From: the human T2T-CHM13v2.0 reference genome, Homo sapiens | Reading direction: 5' to 3' (one strand) | Length of the DNA stretch: 64,000 nt | NCBI RefSeq assembly: GCF_009914755.1 | Contig: NC_060930.1 | Shown here: positions 55,211 to 64,000 of the stretch, piece by piece | How the letters are laid out: the number at the start of each line of letters is the position of its first letter | Numbering within the stretch: the first letter of the stretch is position 1 | Notes under the pieces: generated by a model | What the model was told of the DNA's origin: nothing | Seen by the model: only the letters and a program-made list of their open reading frames with translations | The model's database searches: none | Position numbers and translations under genes: made by a program

Positions 55211-55686
55211 ACACTAATCTACTTCCCCATAGCACACTTTATAACAGTAACTCACATTATTAACATTGTCCAATAGTTGTATTTCCATATTTCAGCAATT
55301 GATTCAATATTTATTGAGGGACTACATATCCCAGTGACTATATAAGGAGTAGGATATCAGAAAATGTTGCTTGCCTTCATGGTGCACCCAGAGGCAAGGT
55401 TGTCTGCTGAAGCTGAACGAGAGTTAGGAAGAACTGATGTGGGTTAAAAATAATCAGTTTTGGAGCCTATAAAAAGAGCTGACCAGGGCAGTGTAAAAAG
55501 TTTGTCAAGTAGTGCTGAGGTCCAAATAAAGTTGGAGAACATGAACTTGAAGTGGCACCAATTTTTAGGATTGTGCAATATTATTGTTTCCAACAGCATT
55601 CATTGGCTTTGTTTGGAAACCAAATGTAATGGAAATGTGTTGTTTTTTGATGACCCAATATTTATAGACCATCATTTTAGTCATTG

Positions 55687-56425
55687 TGTTACAGTAGGTA
55701 GTCAGGCATGAGCAGGAAAGGAGAGGGCTCCCCATCCACCAGGAATGTGAGGCAACCATTAGGTGATGGTCTGGCAGTTGTCACACTACCTCTCTAAAAA
55801 TGATCATTGGTTGCAGCCAGTGCCAGGGAGATGGCTTGGTAGTTGTCACATTAAAATGATAGTTGGTCACAGGTGCTAGGGAGAAGCAATTTCTCAACAG
55901 AATAAAAACACTTGAAAATGGTAATCAGCAACTTCCAATAAAATCTCAGGAACTGGGTGAGTGAGCTTGAGCATGAGTTTTAAGAGACAAAATGGCTAAG
56001 TATGACCTTCCAGGGGCATTCCACTAGAAAAGGGAAGAAAGCCTCAGGTGACTGTATGCACAACGCTAGTAAACACACTGCACGTGCTCACCTCCCAAGT
56101 GCAAGGAAGGCATTGCGCATGCAGGCAGCCCACCCTAAGGGAAGAATCATGGGAAAAGAGACGCAAGATGACAGGAGGGGGCCAGCATATAAAGTCCTAG
56201 GATCAAGGTTAAACGGGGCACATGACCTTCAAACTGCCCACTTGGGTCTCTTCCAAGTGTACTTTCCTTTCTTTCCTAATATAAAGCTTTTAAATAAACT
56301 TCCACTCCTGCTCTGAAACTTGCCTTCATCTCTTTTTCTGCTTTATGCCCCTTAGTTCAATTCTTTCTTCTGAGAAGGCAAGAATTGAGGTTGCTGCAGA
56401 CCTGTACACACTCGCTGCTAGTAAC
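55687..56425 (+). mobile_element. MER50 ERV1 solo LTR
   Basis: Starts tgttacagtaggtagtcaggcatgagcagg; TATAAA at 56188; AATAAA at 56293; ends gcaagaattgaggttgctgcagac...gtaac. Confidence 0.88.
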
Positions 56426-56599
56426 CCAGATAACCGTATTGCACCTCAACCTCTCTCTAAGAAGTCACCCACTCCTCCTCTCGCTTTTAGCCCACACACT
56501 TCTGGGATCCAGGGTGGAGCATGTTGTCTGGCCCAAACAGATTGGTTAATTTTCTGTTACTTACAACGGAAAGAGCCCTTCCAGCATGTTAAAAACAAA

Positions 56600-57450
56600 A
56601 AGGACTGGAAGTGGGGTAGTATAAGAGATGAATTAAGAAGATGGAATTGGCAAAGTCGTGGTGAAAATAACAAGGACTTTCTGTCTTGGGCAGGGAAGCT
56701 GGCAATCCTTGCTAAGGAGTAGTGAAATATTTACTTGTATCTTGGGACTGAGACCATGTGCTTCCTGAAGCTTCCTCAATACAAGACTTGATAGGAAAAC
56801 AAATGGGAGCTCAGAGTGTTATTTGTTATGGCCTTCAGTAAGGTCCTACCAAGAAAATATTGGATTTAGATTGAAATTGGCCCATCTGAAAAGAGAAAAG
56901 AAGGAAAATTACAAATATGCTAGTAGAGACCATTTCTGTTGAGGGTCCACAATCTGAGATGGCTAAAAATCCAATGAAATGAAACCTGGGGTAGAAAATG
57001 GCACACTATGCTGTCATTTAACAAACATGCCAGAAAGCTGGGAAGAAGTCATCCCCGGGAGGAAATTGGGATGTGTTCCCCCTCAACTATCTGCAGTTAT
57101 GCACCCCAGGACTGACAAAATTCAACTCACCTAATTGCAAAGAAGAAGCTAGGATGGAGCCTAGGGGCAAGAGGAGAATTACTGGTGACTCCTACCGCAG
57201 CTGTCGCTTGATTTTATTTCTAGGTAGAAGCCATTCAGTTGAGGGGCAAGTATGTGAGCCAATGCCTGAGACAAAGGCAAGGCCAGCTGCTTAAGAGATT
57301 GAAATTCCCATGCCCAGTTTCACAAGTCAAGAACTATGTCTTGACATAATGTTTGACCTTTAGTTACTAGCCCTTGGAACTCAGGGAATAGAAAGGGAGG
57401 CTGTGGGTAGGAGCCCTCATTAATTGATAAAGAAGTTGCTTTGCTTGAGC
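56600..57450 (+). mobile_element. Possible MaLR (MLT1) internal-region remnant
   Basis: Degenerate 'gaccatgtgc', 'ttcagtaaggtcctaccaagaaa...gaaattggcc' resemble MLT1-int. Confidence 0.35.
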
Positions 57451-59188
57451 TCTAAATCAACTCCCAGAACACTGAAATTTTACTAACCCAAAGCAGACTC
57501 CTTAGGGATAACTCTTGGAAGGCTCACTCTCTCCAATACCCATCTGAGGTGTAGCCATGGAAAGCAATGGACAAGAGAGAACCTTCCAGAAAGCAGAATA
57601 GGGATTATCCAACTATTTATTAAACACGCACAAACAAATATTTGGAATATAGTACTTTTGCAGTAAAAGAACCTGAGATATAGACAACTTAGGACATTTA
57701 CTTTCAATGACAGTTTGTCCCATTGATGCAAATGGTCTTTTCTAACTAATCCTAGTTCCTGAATCCCAGGGAGCCTCAGAAGGAGAACTGAAGATTAAGG
57801 TCTGGGTGGTATACAGGAATCTGGAGGAAATCTTGGGCCAGGTCAAATATCTTCCCAGGAAACTTGCAGCCACAATTCCAGAGGCATAATCTGAATTATA
57901 GTCAAGAAAATACAACACATTTAGAGCCCAGCATCAGATCCTGGGAGTAAAATGAAATCATAAATGGAAGAATTAAGAAATGAGCTCAGAAGATGGGAAA
58001 ATCTCATTTACGAGTATGTGAGGGCCCATGAGACACATAGGATTGTTTAAGGTGCACTTTTATATGGATGCCTATTTATCACAGTTGACCTCCAGTACTA
58101 GTTCCATGTGATCCTCCACCCAAACATTTCTGAGCCATAAGCCCTATCCTAGTGTGCACCCATCAGTGGTAATCAGTGGTGTTTACTCAGACTTAAACAA
58201 AGTAGCTGGACCTATGCACCAGGACCCGGAGGACAGGATTTTCTCCAACTACTATTCTATGGGACTGTGTCCAGCCTGCCTGGATTCTACAAGCAGTGTT
58301 CATTGCCTTATTGGAACAGTTACAAGAGGGAAGAAGACAAGAAGAAAAGAATAAGCTAGTAAAAAGAAGAAGAAAACTAGCAGTTGCACTTACTAGAGCA
58401 GACTACAGCATTTACAAATCATCAGATAAAGGGCACCTTGAATAGACAGAGGGGAATATTTACAGAAGCAGCTGGTTTCCCTAGGATGTCATTGTAAATG
58501 TACCCACCGATTCTGCTATCATATGGCAGCAGCATTCTTCCTCCACTCACATAGTTTATGTCCAGCCCTCTGCCAATGAGAAGATATGGCTGGCTGGTCA
58601 GTTGACCTCCTATACACAGACAGCTGACTTTGTGGCCTAGAGTAATAAATCATAGACGTGTCTGGAAAGCCTCCCTGGTGTCAAACACTCTGGTTCTCAT
58701 TGACCCTGAATAAAGCCTGTGCCAGCAAACAGAACTTCAAGATACAGCAACACATTAACTGATGCCCTGATAAAGGCGGCAGATGGGTGTGAAGGCACTT
58801 AGTGCCAGGCTGGGATGGCCTAACATGGCCTGAAATACTGTGAGAAATCCTCATGCTGATCTGGGGAAAGTTGGTTTGGTCATGAGTGTGGGATTGTTCA
58901 TCTGTTTGTCTCTCTTCTCAGCCAGGATATCAAGACTGTCAGTCATTCTGCCTCATCCATAAATTTCACAGCCTGGGATACAGAGCTCATCAATGCCATA
59001 AGGAAGTTGAGGACTTAGACTGTGTCAGAGGAAATCTTTTTGGCATGGGTCTGAAGATGGAAGCTGGAGCTGTACACGGGCTAACTCTCATGGGCTACTA
59101 TCAAACAGTGAGGGAAACCCACAGTCTCAGGTGAAGGTTTTCTCTCTTTGGGATGCTGTGGCCACAAAGTGGTCACTGTTGGCTCTAC

Positions 59189-59637
59189 TGTGCAGAAATG
59201 ACTTTGTTTTCACCAAAACTCATTTCCTTTTCATCTGGGGCACACAAGCTAGACCATATTTCTGCCTCCACTGCAGGAAGGTGCAACCACATAACCAACT
59301 TCTATCCACAGAAATATTTGTGAAAGTGATGGAGGCCATATTCAAGTTTGGCCATAAAAATCTTCTAGGTGTCCAGGCCTGGTATCTCTTTTATCACTGG
59401 CTTTATATTGGAATACAGCTGTATATTGGAATACTAGCTGTATATTGGAATACATTAGGATCTGCATGCTGAAGATACTAGAGCTTCCCATAGAAGGATT
59501 CCTGGGTGATTGCTTGGAGCCAACTGGGGACATTTGAATTGGATTGTTACATGAAAATGAAATCAACTATTCTTATGTTAAGCTATTGATTTGAGGGGTT
59601 TATTGACACAAAAGCTATCACTACTTTAATGAATACA
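59189..59637 (+). mobile_element. Old MLT1 (I/J-like) solo LTR with an internal 3x ~19-bp repeat
   Basis: 'catttccttttcatctggggcacacaagctagacc', end 'aatgaataca'; tatattggaatac x3 at 59405-59452. Confidence 0.65.
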
Positions 59638-60194
59638 CAGATTGATTTTCATGTCACATTTGTGGGGTCAGGGTAATACACCCAGAATAATGTTTGCACC
59701 AATGATTACCCAGGCAGCCTAAGGAAGCATGGCTAGAGAGAGAATTTTAACTCCTTTAAGAAGGAAGCACAACTAACTGCTAGAAAAAAAGCCCCAAAAG
59801 TCAGTCAATGGAGGAAGTCATTCACAAAAGATTAAGTAGTAAGACTTTAGCCAGGATGCCAGTGGGCGAGTCAAGTTGCACAGCATGAAGACAATCAGAG
59901 CACATGGTATATAGAACAAGGGCAGAGGAGATGTGAGGGCAACAAAGGTATATTTTCTTCAAATGACAATAGAGAGAGATCTGAAGGCATAAAAGAACTA
60001 TGTAAAACCAGATAACTTCAGCCCCTACCTTTAAGCCAGCTCTGCACCCCATTAACTTCCTGAGGCCTTTACACACTGGCATCATTCTTGTAAAGTCCAT
60101 TTCTTAAGGTTTATAAATTCTTAGGTCATTTCCCAAATTCTCTCATCTACCCTTGATGTGCACTTGTGTTGTAATAGATTTTATTATTATTTCT

Positions 60195-60625
60195 GTGTGG
60201 TAAGGCCAACACATCAGGAGATGAGTGCCATTGAAAAGACAGTTTATACTACTAACAGTTCGCAAGAAAGAGTACATGTTACGCCATAGGAGGCTATACT
60301 GGGATCTGTCACAGGGCAGAAAGAGAAGGGGAACTGTGGGCTGAAGCTTCTATTGCGCATTGCTCAGGGGTGAGGCAGGGTATGCAGACTTGGGATTGGT
60401 TAGTGTGACTAATCCAGCAAGCTCTGGAGCCTAAGGGCTGTTCCTAGTGTCTGACTGGGGGAATTAGGGTAGGTGGGGTATATGGCTGACTTAGGGAATA
60501 AAAGCTTGATAGGAAAGGTGTTTCTGGATATGGACTTAATCAGCTAAAGAAGGGCAACTGGCCAGCCTCTAACCAGGGCCCCCAAACTAGGTCAAGACAG
60601 TATTTGAAAAGCTATATTATAACCT
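60195..60625 (-). mobile_element. MER76-like ERVL LTR
   Basis: 'gtaaggccaacacatcaggagatga.tgccattgaaaagacagttta', end 'ggtcaagacagtattt...ctatattata'. Confidence 0.6.
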
Positions 60626-61673
60626 GTCCCACAGTGACAGTATTTTCATGGTTCACTTCCTAGCCCTCACCATATCCCATGTTCCATATTTTAATTTTTG
60701 TCATAAGCGTGATTGCTGAGTATACCCTTGTGGGTAATGGTTTCCTTTCCAGAAGAGGAAGGAACTGCTGTTTTTACTCTAGTGTTACTCCTAACCCTTC
60801 TAACATCCATAGTACTATGTCGGCCACTTTGGGAATTATATTGAAAGCACCCAGATAAGCACCCAGGCTACAGAAAGGGTCAAATTTCCATGAGGCTCTG
60901 CTTCTGAGAATCAGGACTTCATGACCAGAGCCATGGGCCTCCAGATCTCCTGAGATCCCATGGTCAAGCTAGCATTCCTGAGAAAGGAGGTATTTGGCAT
61001 TCAGTTAATAAAGACCTGAGTAGGAACTTCACCAGCCTGAGTCCCTCCTCACTACCTAAATCTTTTCTGCCTTTCTGATGGTCATCATGTCTGAAAATTT
61101 TCCCAGGAATAACCTAGCACAAAGAAACTACCATTGTTTGTATTATTTAGATCTCAAAAGTCTTCTGTTGCACTGGCCTCCAGAAGCTGCATGCCTGCCT
61201 GGCCTGCCTAGATTTCACCCTACACTCAGACCTTCTCTGAAGATATAAGGGCCAATAATGCTTAACAGGGATCTTGAATTCATTTCTTGTGTCTCTTGCT
61301 TGCAAATGAGAAACACATTACTTTAGGTCACAATGTGGATATGCATGTTTTACCTATGTCAGAAATTGTGCGGTGGCACTGCTGCAAATTACCAGCGCTG
61401 AGTAGTAATGCTGAACCTGGTATATACTGAGATGAAGAAGTGATGAATAATGTAGACAAATCACCAAGCTTAGAGCCAGCCGACCATGGAGGAGTTGAGG
61501 ACAAGCTGAGCGGGCCAGAGGCAACAGGATGAGTCAGGAGGCCCAAGCTAGGTTGATTGGGACAATCAGATTCTAAAGGAAAATCCTTCATGAATGAGGA
61601 AAGAATAAAGTGAAGGAAACAAAAAACACATGAGTTTCAGTGTCCATACAGATGCAGGTTTAAATTCTTGTTC

Positions 61674-62156
61674 TGAAACCAGCCCAACTGTCCCATATAA
61701 CTGATGTTTATGGTTTCTTTTGAAAAAACCTAGAAATTGACCCTCGCAGTCTTAAAACTTGAGAAACTTGCACTGTCTTATCTGAGTTTCTTTCTCAGGA
61801 AACCAACCATCAGGCCTCCCAGACAGTGTCAAGAAACTGAAAGTTTCCAATCAGTCACTGCATCTGGACAATGAGACGTCAGACCCAATACCTGTCATGA
61901 TTGCCTAACCAACCACTTGCTGCCTGTTAACCAATTCCTCTTCCTTATCCCCTTCTCCAATTCCTGTTTTCCCATGTGGAGTTCCATTTCTTCCCCGCTA
62001 TATAAACCCCTAATTTTAGTCACTTGCGGAGACAGATTTGAGATTGATCTCCCATTCTTGGCTGCAACACTAGAAGCCTTCTTCCCTGGTGATACTCGTC
62101 TCAGTGATGGCTTTTTCCGTAGTGAGCAGCAGGGAACCCCTGGTGTTTTGGTAACA
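61674..62156 (+). mobile_element. ERV1 solo LTR (LTR45-like) inserted in a MIR
   Basis: tgaaaccagccc...ttggtaaca termini; TATA 'ctatataaaccc'; 4-bp TSD gttc/gtac. Confidence 0.75.
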
Positions 62157-62566
62157 GTACCTCCACTTTATGAGTCCTGTAGCCTCTTAAAATCCAATTA
62201 ACCACTTGAAGCTTTAAAGATTTATAAATAATATCTACCTCCCAGAGTCATTATAAGGACTGGCGATTACATAAAGTATTTGCATCACCTAGCAGGCATC
62301 AAATAAGTGACTTCCATTAATGTAATTATTTGGTTGTGGACTCTCTATGGGCTTTAAACAGCAATAAAAGTCTTAACCAGGAACTGACAACCGAAATCAT
62401 TATTTATAACACTTACCTTGCTTCAACCAACATTGAACCTTTGTTTAGTATTTACATATTTTAGAACTTACTCATTAAGCAAAGTAAACACCTTTTATAT
62501 GTAAAAGTCTGAGCTAGTTGCCAAAAACACAGCATTACCCACCCCCACCCCATGCACATACCATAA

Positions 62567-62914
<348 letters not shown>

Positions 62915-63869
62915 TAAATGGTCAGTGTTTCAAAGATTTGTTACTAAATTTTAAGTTTTCCTCACTTCTATACAATAGTAGACTGATTTGGCTGCCTTTT
63001 TGTTCTTCTAAATTTTCTTTTTTTATTAAGCCAACTGTTTGTTTTGGCACCACATTAATGTATGTACCTTTTAGTCTATTTATACATGTCACATCTTGGA
63101 TTGCCTTTTTATTCCCAGTTTCTTCCTGGCAAAGACAATGAGCACAGTGAGCATACTTAATAAATGTTACATAATAATAACTATTAAATGTTCCTTAAAA
63201 AATCTCAAGCAGATTTTTCATCTTTAGCTTCTACTTTGGGATAATTATATCCTTCCTCAAAGCTATTTATAGCTCCCATCAGGAAGAACAACTGAAAAAA
63301 AATGTCACAGTCCTGCCAAAACTGTGGTGAAAGTGATTTAAACTCTGAAGATCTGTTGCAAGTGTTCAAAATGGCATTCGACATATGTATATCTAATTCC
63401 ATCAACAGAAAACTTTTCCCAACCAAAATCTCCATGACGGAGGTGGTCATGGAATATGACTTGTCCATATCCCCATCATCAATCATTCCGATTACCCAAA
63501 ACAGTCAAAGAAACGCACCTTACATGCAGTCGTTATTAGTCCATCTGCATGTGCACTCTTCAGCTGCATCATAAGTCATGTTCTCCCTCTACCCTGTGAA
63601 GAGCCTGAGCCCCAGCATATTTAGTCGAGACCATAAGTTGCAGTCACAGGGCCACCTCATAAATAAGTGAAATGGAGGACCTCCTGCATGACGTGAATTG
63701 GAAATCATAGGGCCAAAAAAATATATACATATGTTCAGTATTCAGGGCTGCCAGATTTAGCGAGTACAAATTAGCAATCTTATTCGCTCTACACATTAAT
63801 CTCCAAACTTGCCTGGATGGTATAAGAAAACCCCAAGATTACTTTCTCTCTTAAGTCCAGGAAGCAGGT

Positions 63870-64000
63870 TAGAATAGTAGGTGAGTCATCAGAGACTGAA
63901 GACATGGGCGTTGATCTCAGTTCTTGCTACCTAGAACTTATTTGGCTTGGAAAAGTCCATCCTAGTTTTTACCAGCAAGATTCTATTATCAAAAGGTCCA
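63870..64000 (+). mobile_element. MIR 5' remnant
   Basis: 'agacatgggcgttgatctcagttcttgctacctag...cttggaaaagtc'. Confidence 0.45.

Noticed and set aside
59405-59452. Three short direct repeats with small spacers, superficially CRISPR-like
   Set aside because: Eukaryotic LTR context; spacers are 5-6 nt and near-identical, so it is a minisatellite; no cas genes
63205-63574. Overlapping 93-aa (-) and 90-aa (+) ORFs in unique DNA
   Set aside because: No recognisable homology or domain; lengths are compatible with chance; blastx would be needed

Overview
Primate (very probably human) repeat-rich intergenic or intronic DNA. I find no intact protein-coding gene, RNA gene or CRISPR-like system. The listed ORFs come from Alu, L1 or LTR sequence, from a pseudogene, or are chance frames. 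Recognisable content: about 18 Alus, several L1s, many solo LTRs (MaLR, ERVL, ERV1), L2/MIR remnants, a MER45A DNA transposon and a decayed near-full-length EEF1G processed pseudogene (24335-25589) inside an L2. The most unusual part is 41.4-53.5 kb, around an old rearranged L1PA (41968-48887). (1) A 290-bp, ~99%-identical inverted copy of upstream flank sits inside its ORF2 with serial template-switch junctions. (2) Two small inverted ORF1-region fragments are displaced from their normal position. (3) A 260-bp paralog at 53264-53523 preserves the pre-insertion site and implies an ~11-bp target deletion rather than a TSD. (4) A nested younger L1 has a possible short 3' transduction. (5) An apparent AluY-L1 chimera shares one target duplication. 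These are repair and retrotransposition scars, not a new gene system. Subfamily names are from recalled consensus sequences and need RepeatMasker/Dfam confirmation.
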